DNA of 45,943 nt from the NCBI GenBank assembly GCA_038878295.1, contig JAVZVY010000002.1, forward strand, positions 1 through 45,943. Direction: 5' to 3'. Position numbers and translations under genes: made by a program. Under the pieces are notes generated by a model. It saw nothing but the letters and a program-made list of their open reading frames with translations. It was not told the origin of the DNA and searched no databases. Source of the stretch: Candidatus Micrarchaeaceae archaeon (GTDB lineage: Archaea; Micrarchaeota; Micrarchaeia; Micrarchaeales; CABMGC01). This document shows positions 1-9,354 of the stretch, in pieces (the first letter of the stretch is position 1; each line of letters begins with the position of its first letter).

Positions 1-3000
1 ATACAAAATGGCACACTTTACATACAAAATTCATATGGAACAATATGCATTGATTACAGCTGCCAAAGCCCAACGGCAAGCACGCCGCAGCATATCAGCA
101 TGACAGAACAGAATGTTCATGTGGCAAACTTCAACGGGCAGAGCAGTTACATAACTGTGCCAACTTCAAATGCGGTAAGCTTCAATGGCCCTTCTGTTAC
201 AGTTGCATTCTGGATCTATCCAGTGCCCTCGCAATACTGGGGTGCCAGTGGAAACTACTGGGAAAATGCTGTCAGCGTATATCCTTCAACTGCGTGCACT
301 GGAGGGGGCGCAGGTACCGGCTACAATTTCTTTATAGAGTCAGGCGGTAATCCACCTACGGAATCATGGACTGCTGACAATGTGAGGGATTTTCCTGGGA
401 AGGTTCTGCAACCATACAAGTGGCAGATGCTTGTAGGTGTAGCCAATTCTACTTACATTAACGTTTACTACGATGGAGAGCAGATAGGCACGCCAATTGC
501 TACAAATGGCATAACAACATTCACATCGCCGCCGACAATAAGGATAAGTGGTTCCCATCTAGCATCCAGTGGCCCAGGTTGCAATCCGGTTTCAGGTGAC
601 TTAGCAAATGTACAGATTTACAATACTTCTCTATCAGCAAGCGAGATTCAGGCTCTTTATCAGGAAGGGATAGACGGCACGCCAATTCAAAATGCAGGCT
701 TGGTCGGCTGGTGGCCTTTAGATGGCAACGCAAATGATTATTCTGGATTCGGAAACAACGGGGAAATAAACGGACCTGTCATTTTCACCGCAGTTTCACA
801 GCTCTTTGCAAAGGTCACAAGCGGCATAGGCTATGCTGTTTCGAATGCGCTTGTCGGCTTTACCACGACGTTCGGCTCTTTGAGCGGCTCTGGCGGCTAT
901 GGCAGTGCTACGACAAACTACACAAATTCCAATGGCATAGCCACCGCCTTTCTCAACCAGCAAGGCAACAACGGCTATGCATTGGTAAAGGCAAGCGTAT
1001 TCAACGGCAACCAATCGCTGCAAAGAAGCCTTGTCGGCTGGTGGCCTCTCAACATAAACTTCGGCACAACAGCTTATGATCTAAGCGGCAATAGGAACAA
1101 TGGCACAATAAGCGGCTATGCGGCATGGTCGTCACCAAACTTCATCGCAGGCTTTGACGGCTCAAATTCCTCTTACATACAAATCACCACGCCTGTAGCC
1201 GTCAATACAATTTCAACCGCATATACTCTTGATGTTTGGATAAACCAAAGCTATGCGCCTGCAAATCTTTTGATACTTGGCAACACTTCATGCATAGGCA
1301 TTTCGTCTTCGCCTATTTCTAAAAGCGACTACAGCATTTCTGCGTGGCTTTCAGGAAGTGCAACACCTTTTGGAAATGTGCCATACAATTCATGGCAGAA
1401 CATTGCCGTGGTGTATAATGGTATAGGCTATACAACGAGGACTGTTTATGTTAATGGCGTGGCTGTAGGAATTGACAGCTCAGGAAGCGTATCTAGCTGC
1501 AATGACTCTCCTAAAATGTGGTACAATGCATCGGCAAATGTGGCCAAGGGAGAAATGGCCAATGCACAGATGTATGCAACAGCACTATCCGCAAATCAGA
1601 TTCAGCAGCTTTACCAGGAAGGCATTTCTGCGCCGCCAATTTCAAATGCAGGCTTAGTCGGCTGGTGGCCGCTCAACGGCAACGCCAATGATTATTCTGG
1701 AAATGGCAACAATGGTACAGTATATGGCGCTATATCTTTTGTTCCACAAAATCTTGCAGCTTCAAATTATACTAGTTCACTTGCTGCAAACTTCAATGGG
1801 CAGAGCAGCGTAATTACAGCACCCATAAGTCTAAATTCCAGTTCATTCAGCATTGTTTTCTGGACCGATCCTGCAAATCAGTTGAAGATAACTAGCAGTA
1901 ACGGTTACACTGTTATGAACTCTGTTGGTACAAACACATTAGAGATCTGGCTCAATAATGGCGCAGGTGCTGGCGCGTCTCCAGGAAGTGGCGATGAAGA
2001 GCTTGGAATAGGAAGTAATTATTACCACGGCTTCGGAGTCAATGCCAATACTTGGGACTTCATAGGCGTTTCTGTTAACAATGGCAAAATAAGCTTTTAT
2101 GCAAATGGCGTCGGACCGTACAATGTAAGCGGCGTATCAGGACCATACAATGTAAATAGTATCTCTTTAGCACAATCTGCAGCAGGGATTTCGATGTTTA
2201 ATGGCAGCATTGCAAACTTCCAGATTTACAATACCGCCCTCTCAACAAGCGAAATTCAAGCTCTCTACCAAGAAGGCATTTCGGGCGTGCCGATTGCAAA
2301 TGCAGGCTTAGTCGGCTGGTGGCCTTTAGATGGCAATGCAAACGACTATTCTGGCTTTGGAAACAACGGCACTGCTACAAATGTAGGCTACGTCGGTGTA
2401 GTGAGCAGAACATATAATCCAATAAGTTCACTGAGTAATTACGGATTAAATTTTAATGGTTATGGTGGTTATGTATCTCTTCCGCCGCTGCACACACTCA
2501 ATGGTCACAACTCTTTCACGATAAATGCATGGATTAACTATGTGGGCGGCGCACAGTACTTCAATCAGAATCCTTATCCTGTCGGCTGGCCAGGATGCCA
2601 TGCAGGCTTCATGTTTAGTTCACCATCAAGCCTAACCTTTTTTGAATGGTACACGTCAAATTCGATTAATCCACCAGGCTGCCCAACGAGCGGCGGCGGC
2701 ATTGCACCCGCATCAGCAACAGTGCAGCCAAATACATCATATATGGTGACTGGCGTATACAATAACGCAACTGGTGTGCTTGACTTTTATGTGAATGGCG
2801 CGTACCATTCTTCAGCTATAGTGCCTTCTGGAGACTATATAAGCAACTACGATGAGACTGGCTACATTGGTGATGCGTTGGATGGAAACACAGGCACACA
2901 TTTCTTCGATGGCTCGGTAGGAGACGTTCAGATATACAACACAGCGCTTTCGAGCCTGCAAGTGCAGCAGCTGTATAACAGCCAGCTGCAATCAGCAAGC

Positions 3001-3030
3001 GCCACAATCCCAATGAGTTGGTATCCATGA
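1..3030 (+). CDS. Large surface protein with four LamG (concanavalin-A-like lectin, Laminin_G_3-type) modules; 5' end probably runs off the window
   Basis: Frame 1 has no stop from base 1 to the ATG at 100, so the gene is likely 5'-truncated. Four modules are bounded by LamG-type start signatures (NFNGQSSY.. / LVGWWPL[DN]GNANDYSG.GNNGT) and end signatures (.QIYNT.LS..EIQALYQEG). An Ig-like Gly/Ser/Thr-rich insert sits at about aa 226-310. Confidence 0.8.
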   Translation: MQNGTLYIQNSYGTICIDYSCQSPTASTPQHISMTEQNVHVANFNGQSSYITVPTSNAVSFNGPSVTVAFWIYPVPSQYWGASGNYWENAVSVYPSTACTGGGAGTGYNFFIESGGNPPTESWTADNVRDFPGKVLQPYKWQMLVGVANSTYINVYYDGEQIGTPIATNGITTFTSPPTIRISGSHLASSGPGCNPVSGDLANVQIYNTSLSASEIQALYQEGIDGTPIQNAGLVGWWPLDGNANDYSGFGNNGEINGPVIFTAVSQLFAKVTSGIGYAVSNALVGFTTTFGSLSGSGGYGSATTNYTNSNGIATAFLNQQGNNGYALVKASVFNGNQSLQRSLVGWWPLNINFGTTAYDLSGNRNNGTISGYAAWSSPNFIAGFDGSNSSYIQITTPVAVNTISTAYTLDVWINQSYAPANLLILGNTSCIGISSSPISKSDYSISAWLSGSATPFGNVPYNSWQNIAVVYNGIGYTTRTVYVNGVAVGIDSSGSVSSCNDSPKMWYNASANVAKGEMANAQMYATALSANQIQQLYQEGISAPPISNAGLVGWWPLNGNANDYSGNGNNGTVYGAISFVPQNLAASNYTSSLAANFNGQSSVITAPISLNSSSFSIVFWTDPANQLKITSSNGYTVMNSVGTNTLEIWLNNGAGAGASPGSGDEELGIGSNYYHGFGVNANTWDFIGVSVNNGKISFYANGVGPYNVSGVSGPYNVNSISLAQSAAGISMFNGSIANFQIYNTALSTSEIQALYQEGISGVPIANAGLVGWWPLDGNANDYSGFGNNGTATNVGYVGVVSRTYNPISSLSNYGLNFNGYGGYVSLPPLHTLNGHNSFTINAWINYVGGAQYFNQNPYPVGWPGCHAGFMFSSPSSLTFFEWYTSNSINPPGCPTSGGGIAPASATVQPNTSYMVTGVYNNATGVLDFYVNGAYHSSAIVPSGDYISNYDETGYIGDALDGNTGTHFFDGSVGDVQIYNTALSSLQVQQLYNSQLQSASATIPMSWYP
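2288..2375 (+). repeat. 88-bp perfect repeat, copy 1 (LamG module junction)
   Basis: tgccgattgcaaatgcaggcttagtcggctggtggcctttagatggcaatgcaaacgactattctggctttggaaacaacggcactgc is identical in all three copies by character-by-character comparison. Confidence 0.9.
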
Positions 3031-3557
3031 AAGCTCAGTTCTGGTCTTTCGATGTCATATTTGCAATGGTGATATTCTCCCTAGTTATAGTCATACTCAC
3101 ATACGTTTGGTACAGCATCAACAGCCAGCTTTCCCTATCTGAAGGCTATGGCATACAAAACATACAGATGCAGCTGCTAGTGCTCAGAAACACGATCATG
3201 TCACAGGGAAGCCCTCCGGACTGGAACAATATAGTAATTGCAAACCAAACAAGCACATGGAGCAACATAACTGCAGGTCTTGGCACTGGGCAGGGCAATG
3301 AGATATCGCTGCAGAAGGTGATGACGCTTATGGCGATGTCAAACTATGATTACCAAGCGACAAAGCAGGTCATTGGCATAGGCTTCGATTATTATATAAG
3401 CATAAATTGGAATGGCTTTACAATATACTTGGGCCGCAATCCGGCATATTACAATGCAAAGTCCATACAGGTGGTGCAGATTCCTGTTATGATGAATGGA
3501 GTTCCTGGCACCATGACAGCAGAAGTGTGGACCAATACGAGCTTTGGAGTTGGTTAA
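3027..3557 (+). CDS. Pilin-like protein with archaeal class III (prepilin-type) signal peptide, about 176 aa
   Basis: The ATG at 3027 overlaps the upstream stop (ATGA); TTG at 3018 is the longest-ORF alternative. The N-terminus MKA|QFWSFDVIFAMVIFSLVIVILTYVW has a short charged leader, K-A-Q, then about 22 hydrophobic residues. Confidence 0.65.
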   Translation: MKAQFWSFDVIFAMVIFSLVIVILTYVWYSINSQLSLSEGYGIQNIQMQLLVLRNTIMSQGSPPDWNNIVIANQTSTWSNITAGLGTGQGNEISLQKVMTLMAMSNYDYQATKQVIGIGFDYYISINWNGFTIYLGRNPAYYNAKSIQVVQIPVMMNGVPGTMTAEVWTNTSFGVG

Positions 3558-5714
3558 ATGCGCGCAGTAATATTCACGCTTGATGCTGTGTTCGCGCTTA
3601 TCGTAGCTTCGGTAAGCATCTCCATACTTCTATATGTAAACTATATAACTCCAACCCCATATACGCTCCATTATTCGGAAGCTGCGTCGATAATGCAGGA
3701 ACTCAGCTCGGCTTCGATAAGCAGCATAGCTTCGTCGAATCCGATTGCCTACTCAATAGTGCAACAGTCCAACGGCGAAAACGAAACATGGCCTATGCAG
3801 ATGAAGAATGCATATGGCGATGCGGGCAACCCTTACGGACCCATTGCACCGCTACTTTATGTTGTATTCACAGCTAATTCACCGATTACAACGCCTGTGA
3901 TTGCAGACTATGGAAAACTGTTCTTTGCAAGCTCTAATGTCTTGTATGCTGTCAACGCCACTACAGGCTCGCTTGCATGGACAAAAAGCACGCAGACAAG
4001 TGTGAGTGGCTCGCCGGCTGTATACGACGGCGTGCTATTCTATTCAAATACCTCTGATATAGTTGCAGTAAATGCCCAAAATGGCGCGCAGGTGTGGTCC
4101 ACCAATGCGCTCTCAGGCGTAGCGCTCTCCGCGCCTATACAGGTCTATGCAGGCAAGCTCCTTCTTGGTGCGATTAACAACAACCTTTATGCTGTTTATG
4201 CAAACAATGGAACTGTTGCATGGAGCATATCCGTAGGGGCTCCTCCAGCGTCTATAGTCGCTGTTGACGGCTCGATTGCAGTAAGGACAACATCAAATAT
4301 GGTGGCCCTGATAAGCGGCACTTCTAATAGCATGGTCGTTGCTTGGAGCAAATCATTCCCAGCTTCAACAACTGCACTCTCAAGCCTTGGCAACGCGTTC
4401 GTATACGGAGTGGGAACTTATGCTAATGCAACATACACCGACGGCTCATCTGATTTCTCGTACAGCACAGGTCAGACGGTCAACGGTAGCACAGCTTATA
4501 GGGGCATTGCAGCATATCAGCTTCGAAGCGGCGACGGCGTAATAACTGCAAGCGGTACAGGCGTATGGAGTTTGCCTATGCCAAGCAGCTTCGGCTATGC
4601 TTACTTTGGCGCAGAGCCTGTGCTCTCTGATGGCTTCCTCTATACGCTCTGGTCCAACAATACCATAGTGGCGCAAAACGCAAGCACTGGCAGCATAGTG
4701 TGGCACACAAGCGTTCCAAAGCAGTTTATAGGCGGCGATGATGCTTTGAGCCCGCAGATGGCCCTCGCTTATGGCAGGCTTTACATTATCGCAAACAATA
4801 AGATTCTTGCCTATGGATCGTGCAATGCGCAAGCAAACGACAACATACTGCATGCGGCTGCACAGCTGTATATTAATGGCGATGGAAGCTGCGCGACAGC
4901 ATTGGCTGATTACATGAGGCCGATGGCTAATTATAGTATATTGATAAACAACACATACGCGCCTGGGATGGAAGCTGCATCATTCAACGGCGCCAGCAGC
5001 TACATAAACCTGCTCGGCAATGCATCGCTGATGTCAAATGACTATACATGGGCATTTTGGATCAAGCCAAGCACATGGAATGCAAATGCAATGATAATAG
5101 GCGAGAATACAAATGCAGCAGGTGCGCCGTATCTTGAAGAGCAGGTAAATGCTACATCAGACCGCTACCAATTCAGCGTCAATGGCAGTTCTGCCCATGG
5201 TACAGTCTATGCGAAGGCAAGCGTGGGCAGCTGGCAGTTTGTCGTTGCAGAATACAGTATAACCACAGAATCCATGTATATATACGTAAACGGTTCACTG
5301 GCATCGACGCAGAAGAAAGTGCTGACAACAAGAACTCCAGGCAACATAACCGTTGGCTGGTCGCCTATAACAAATCTCTATTTCAATGGCGAAATGGCAG
5401 ACCTGCAGATTTACGACACTGAGCTTTCAGCCCAGCAGGTCGAGCAGCTTTATCTGCGGGGCATTGGCGGTGGGCCTGTTGATACGCAGGATCTTGTTGC
5501 ATGGTACCCACTTGAAGGTGATACAAACGATTATAGCGCAAAGCCAATTGTAAATACAGGTTATGCCGTCGGCATTTCTTATGCCCCGAGCGGCTATCTG
5601 CCGCTTTCGCTCTCAAATGCGTTCGAGATAAGCAAAAGCACTGTGAGCATGCCGCTCGTGAATGCGAGTGGCTTTTCGAGAATCTATAATGTAGGTGTGT
5701 ACACGTGGAGATAA
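3558..5714 (+). CDS. Pilin-like N-terminus fused to a PQQ-type beta-propeller and one LamG module (718 aa)
   Basis: The ATG directly follows the upstream stop. The N-terminus is MRA|VIFTLDAVFALIVASVSISILLYV. Repeated propeller-blade motifs are LYAVNATTGSLAWT, IVAVNAQNGAQVWS, LYAVYANNGTVAWS and IVAQNASTGSIVWH. The LamG module runs from SFNGASSYINL to LQIYDTELSAQQVEQLY. Confidence 0.75.
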   Translation: MRAVIFTLDAVFALIVASVSISILLYVNYITPTPYTLHYSEAASIMQELSSASISSIASSNPIAYSIVQQSNGENETWPMQMKNAYGDAGNPYGPIAPLLYVVFTANSPITTPVIADYGKLFFASSNVLYAVNATTGSLAWTKSTQTSVSGSPAVYDGVLFYSNTSDIVAVNAQNGAQVWSTNALSGVALSAPIQVYAGKLLLGAINNNLYAVYANNGTVAWSISVGAPPASIVAVDGSIAVRTTSNMVALISGTSNSMVVAWSKSFPASTTALSSLGNAFVYGVGTYANATYTDGSSDFSYSTGQTVNGSTAYRGIAAYQLRSGDGVITASGTGVWSLPMPSSFGYAYFGAEPVLSDGFLYTLWSNNTIVAQNASTGSIVWHTSVPKQFIGGDDALSPQMALAYGRLYIIANNKILAYGSCNAQANDNILHAAAQLYINGDGSCATALADYMRPMANYSILINNTYAPGMEAASFNGASSYINLLGNASLMSNDYTWAFWIKPSTWNANAMIIGENTNAAGAPYLEEQVNATSDRYQFSVNGSSAHGTVYAKASVGSWQFVVAEYSITTESMYIYVNGSLASTQKKVLTTRTPGNITVGWSPITNLYFNGEMADLQIYDTELSAQQVEQLYLRGIGGGPVDTQDLVAWYPLEGDTNDYSAKPIVNTGYAVGISYAPSGYLPLSLSNAFEISKSTVSMPLVNASGFSRIYNVGVYTWR

Positions 5715-8323
5715 GATTCAAAGCACAGCTTATGACGTTGCTTGTGTTGATACTGTTCGTGCTCATGCTTGCAGAGCTGATGATATTCGTTGCCGTAAAT
5801 GTGGGATATAACAGCATAGGGCAAAGCCTAGTGCTCTCGTCTAGCTCAGTAAACTATGCTGCTGAGCTTAAGGCAAGTGCGTCTGCATTTGCTTCTCAGA
5901 GCTTGAGCCGGGCGCTTTATACATTGACAATGTATGAGTATACGCCAAAGCTCAGATATGACAACTTCATAACAAATCTGAGCATGTACATCTCGCAGCT
6001 AATGATAAACGGCACACTGCCAAATGTGCAACAGGGCAGCTACGCCGCAAATGCCCTTCTTAGCTATATGGGCAACGAGACCTTCACAGCATACAACAAG
6101 AGCATAATGAAGAGCATAGGCACTGGCGTGGCATTGAAGATAAACCAGACAAGGCCCATAATCTTCCAGGATTCGCCTTATTCAATTTCAGTTAGGTATA
6201 TAGAAAATGTTTTCATAAATTCTTCGGCGGGGCTCTATGCGTATTCTATACCTGTCAACGCCAGCATACCATTAAACGGCACGTATGATCTGCTTTACGC
6301 GCAGGAGGGCATACTGCGCAGCATAAAGTTTTCATCAGCAAACAACCTCACAAGTGTAATAAGCAACAGCCATGCAACATACGGCAACAGTTTCATATAC
6401 GGTATCGTGCTCAATGTGCCGAGCGGTGTCACCTGTACGACTCTGCCCTCTAATGTGCCGACGGCATTTAGAAGCGCGCCTCTCAACAAGAGTGTAATAC
6501 TTGCCACGCCAAATGCAGCATACATAACAAACGCCACGTGCACTGCAGCAAACAACTATGGCGGTCTGGTAACCTACTCGATAAACAGCATTTCGAGCCC
6601 GCCGAATATCCCTTATTTAATCTATGCAAGCGGCACAAACGTATTGCAGCAGCTGAAGAACTACACAAAGGTTCTGCTCTATGGTCCTGAAATGGACCTG
6701 CTGAACATAGAAAGTTTGAGGAACGCAATAGCGAACGGCTACTTCTTCGCTTCGCCATTCGCGCCTTCATACATCGACAGGGCAGACGCAAGCCTGCTCA
6801 AGCAGTCGCAGAACGGCATCTTCACATTTACAAACTACAACAGGCAGGCTGCAAACTTCAATGGGCAGAGCAGCTACATACAAATTCCAAATGCCAATTC
6901 CTTGCAACTTTCTACGGTGACGTTTGGCGGTTGGGTAGACTATAAAGGTCCAGCAAGTGGCAATTGGGATTGGCTGATTGCTAAACAGAATGCTTACGGC
7001 GTTGGTGTTTGTGGTTCTTCACTAGATGTCTGTTTTTATAATTGGGGTACAGGTACAAATTATCAATCTTCATATGCACTTACCAAAAATACATGGTATT
7101 ATCTCGTAGCAGAAGTTGCAAATGGAAATGAAACTGTATATGTAAATGGAAATAAGATATTTGCAGGTCCGCTTTCGGTTTCAAGTCAGTCTACTGTTGG
7201 ATGGCAGATAGGGTATGGTAATGCAGGTGGCCAACTTCTAAACGGCAGTGCAGGCAACATACAAATCTACAACACTACCCTCTCAGCAAGCGAAATTCAG
7301 GCACTTTATACTGAGGGCATAGGAGGTGTGCCGATTGCAAATGCAGGCTTAGTCGGCTGGTGGCCTTTAGATGGCAATGCAAACGACTATTCTGGCTTTG
7401 GAAACAACGGCACTGCGACAAGTGTAAGCTATTCGCTTCTGCCTAATTACCAGCGCGATAGTATATTCATTACACCTATTCCAGGTACACTTCAGCCCAT
7501 TCCTGGAGTAATGTCGTGCGACACTGTCGCACAGTGCAACAACGCCTCCCTATCAAAGCTCTATATAGGGAGCATGCCACTTGAGCTGCAAAACAAATTT
7601 GTAGAAGCAGCGAGTCTTAACGGACAAAGCAGCTATATAGAACAGAGTAATGGTTTTGGCTTTATGAATAATGCTGCTGCGAATTTCTCGATATCCATAT
7701 GGGTGTATCCAACGTCGCCAAGCGGAGTAATTGTTGATGAACTTGGCCAAACTACGCCAAATTCAGGATGGCACGACAGCTGGATAGAACTCGTTAACGG
7801 CAATGTATATATGAGGGTTTGGAATCTCGCATGCGTAAAGGTAGGCACAATAAGCACAAATACATGGAGTAATATAGTTATGACAGGAAGTTACGTTAAT
7901 GGTAATTTCATTTATGAGGGCTATATAAACGGCGCATTTGGAAATTCCGGAACAGGTTCCAGATCTGTTCCGGGTGGAAGTAGCTTGATGTATTATCCTC
8001 TTGGTGTTCTCGATGCTACAAATTGCGGTTCAGGCGCATACTTTAGCGGGGAGATGTCAAATTATCAATTTTATAACACAACTCTGACGCCGAGCGAAAT
8101 AGCTGCTATATACAAAAATGGAATTTCAGGATTGCCGATTGCAAATGCAGGCTTAGTCGGCTGGTGGCCTTTAGATGGCAATGCAAACGACTATTCTGGC
8201 TTTGGAAACAACGGCACTGCAACCAATGTTTTTTACCAGCGCATTTCTCCGCAATACAGTCTTCCTGGCCTGTCCACAATAACAATTGCTGGCAGTGAGC
8301 AGCAGGTCCTCGGTCTTGGCTGA
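5705..8323 (+). CDS. Pilin-like N-terminus, about 340-aa unassigned domain and two LamG modules (872 aa)
   Basis: The GTG start overlaps the upstream gene by 10 nt. The N-terminus is ..RFKA|QLMTLLVLILFVLMLAELMIFVAV. The two LamG modules are NFNGQSSYIQIP...IQIYNTTLSASEIQALY and SLNGQSSYIEQS...YQFYNTTLTPSEIAAIY. Each is followed by the linker AGLVGWWPLDGNANDYSGFGNNGTAT. Confidence 0.75.
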   Translation: MEIRFKAQLMTLLVLILFVLMLAELMIFVAVNVGYNSIGQSLVLSSSSVNYAAELKASASAFASQSLSRALYTLTMYEYTPKLRYDNFITNLSMYISQLMINGTLPNVQQGSYAANALLSYMGNETFTAYNKSIMKSIGTGVALKINQTRPIIFQDSPYSISVRYIENVFINSSAGLYAYSIPVNASIPLNGTYDLLYAQEGILRSIKFSSANNLTSVISNSHATYGNSFIYGIVLNVPSGVTCTTLPSNVPTAFRSAPLNKSVILATPNAAYITNATCTAANNYGGLVTYSINSISSPPNIPYLIYASGTNVLQQLKNYTKVLLYGPEMDLLNIESLRNAIANGYFFASPFAPSYIDRADASLLKQSQNGIFTFTNYNRQAANFNGQSSYIQIPNANSLQLSTVTFGGWVDYKGPASGNWDWLIAKQNAYGVGVCGSSLDVCFYNWGTGTNYQSSYALTKNTWYYLVAEVANGNETVYVNGNKIFAGPLSVSSQSTVGWQIGYGNAGGQLLNGSAGNIQIYNTTLSASEIQALYTEGIGGVPIANAGLVGWWPLDGNANDYSGFGNNGTATSVSYSLLPNYQRDSIFITPIPGTLQPIPGVMSCDTVAQCNNASLSKLYIGSMPLELQNKFVEAASLNGQSSYIEQSNGFGFMNNAAANFSISIWVYPTSPSGVIVDELGQTTPNSGWHDSWIELVNGNVYMRVWNLACVKVGTISTNTWSNIVMTGSYVNGNFIYEGYINGAFGNSGTGSRSVPGGSSLMYYPLGVLDATNCGSGAYFSGEMSNYQFYNTTLTPSEIAAIYKNGISGLPIANAGLVGWWPLDGNANDYSGFGNNGTATNVFYQRISPQYSLPGLSTITIAGSEQQVLGLG
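7329..7416 (+). repeat. 88-bp perfect repeat, copy 2
   Basis: Same 88-mer in the same codon phase. The flanks diverge immediately on the 5' side and after about 12 nt on the 3' side. Confidence 0.9.
8133..8220 (+). repeat. 88-bp perfect repeat, copy 3
   Basis: Same 88-mer, 804 bp (268 codons) downstream of copy 2 within the same gene. Confidence 0.9.
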
Positions 8324-8333
8324 CTGGCTGCTG

Positions 8334-9350
8334 CTACGGCGCCGCAGGCGCACCGCCTGCTCCGCTTATTGTCGAGAATATGCCATGTATAGCAGCGCCC
8401 GTTATGAAGAATATCGCAAAGCCGACAAGCAGGAAAATAGGCAGATATCTAATGCCTCTTGTTACTGAGCCGCTTGCGACAGCTGAAACTATCAATGCCC
8501 CAAACGCAGTAATGATAAATATGGCGCCCATCGCGAAGTCCTGATACTGCGTTGTGGTTATCTTAGGCGGCGACGGCCTAAGAAATGAAACGCCAGTTGT
8601 CGGCAACCCGCCTGGATTCTGCGCGAGTATTCCGCGCCACACCTGATTGGTCACGCCTATCATCTGCGACGTAAGGCCATACATGACTGGCGCGCCTATT
8701 AGAGCGGCGAAGGCTATGAATATAGTGTACATGAAGAGCTGGCCTGATATTTCCTTCTGTATGGTCTGCTGGTTTCTTATGTCCTTTGCAACCTGGTTCA
8801 AGAGATCGGACATGCCGCCGCCATACTGCACAGCCTCGTTCATCATTCTTACGGTGTGCTTCAATGTGTTTGACCTATATTTCTCGGCTAGATGCACCAG
8901 GGCGTTCTGCAGAGTTTCACCGGCGTATAGCCCTTTTGCTGTAAGTTTAACGTCTTCGCTGAAGTACTTGAATTCGGGTCTTGCAGCAAGCACCATAGCT
9001 CTGTCAAGGGCTATTCCGCTTCTCACGTTTGCCGCAACAAGCTGGAGGTAGTCCGGAAGTATGCTCTCAACGAACGTCTTCCTCTGGTCTATCTTCATGC
9101 TGAGCACAAAATAGATTGACGCTTCAAACACGACAAGCGCAACTATTCCGAGCGCCACGGATAGGGCAAAATGCAGTTTGAAAGCGAGGAAGGCGACATA
9201 TGAAGATATAGTCATAAGCAATATTCCTCCCACTATCATTATAGCAAGAAGCCTGTTTATCGTCATTTTTACTCCTGCAAGGTCAAGCTCTCTTGATAGC
9301 AATACGACGACGTTCCTCGAAACAAGCCTCTCGAATGGTATCTCTCTCAT
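8334..9350 (-). CDS. Type II secretion system F-domain platform protein (TadC/PilC/FlaJ-like), paralogue 2
   Basis: 338 aa with N-terminal TM helices, a cytoplasmic helical bundle (LPDYLQLVAANVRSGIALDRAMV..) and C-terminal TM helices. It is a tandem paralogue of the upstream gene and last in the ATPase operon. Confidence 0.7.
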   Translation of the reverse strand: MREIPFERLVSRNVVVLLSRELDLAGVKMTINRLLAIMIVGGILLMTISSYVAFLAFKLHFALSVALGIVALVVFEASIYFVLSMKIDQRKTFVESILPDYLQLVAANVRSGIALDRAMVLAARPEFKYFSEDVKLTAKGLYAGETLQNALVHLAEKYRSNTLKHTVRMMNEAVQYGGGMSDLLNQVAKDIRNQQTIQKEISGQLFMYTIFIAFAALIGAPVMYGLTSQMIGVTNQVWRGILAQNPGGLPTTGVSFLRPSPPKITTTQYQDFAMGAIFIITAFGALIVSAVASGSVTRGIRYLPIFLLVGFAIFFITGAAIHGIFSTISGAGGAPAAP

Positions 9351-9354
9351 TGCA

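Noticed and set aside
5705-8323. Enrichment of N-x-S/T glycosylation sequons in the pilin-like proteins
   Set aside because: I counted about 20 sequons in 872 aa. The protein is so rich in Asn, Ser and Thr that roughly this number is expected by composition alone.
364-8353. Many 60-145-aa ORFs antisense to or out of frame with the LamG genes (e.g. 4446-4853, 5383-5817, 6483-6791)
   Set aside because: All are nested in long ORFs with strong repeated domain signatures. Their sequences are Cys/Arg-rich with no motifs.
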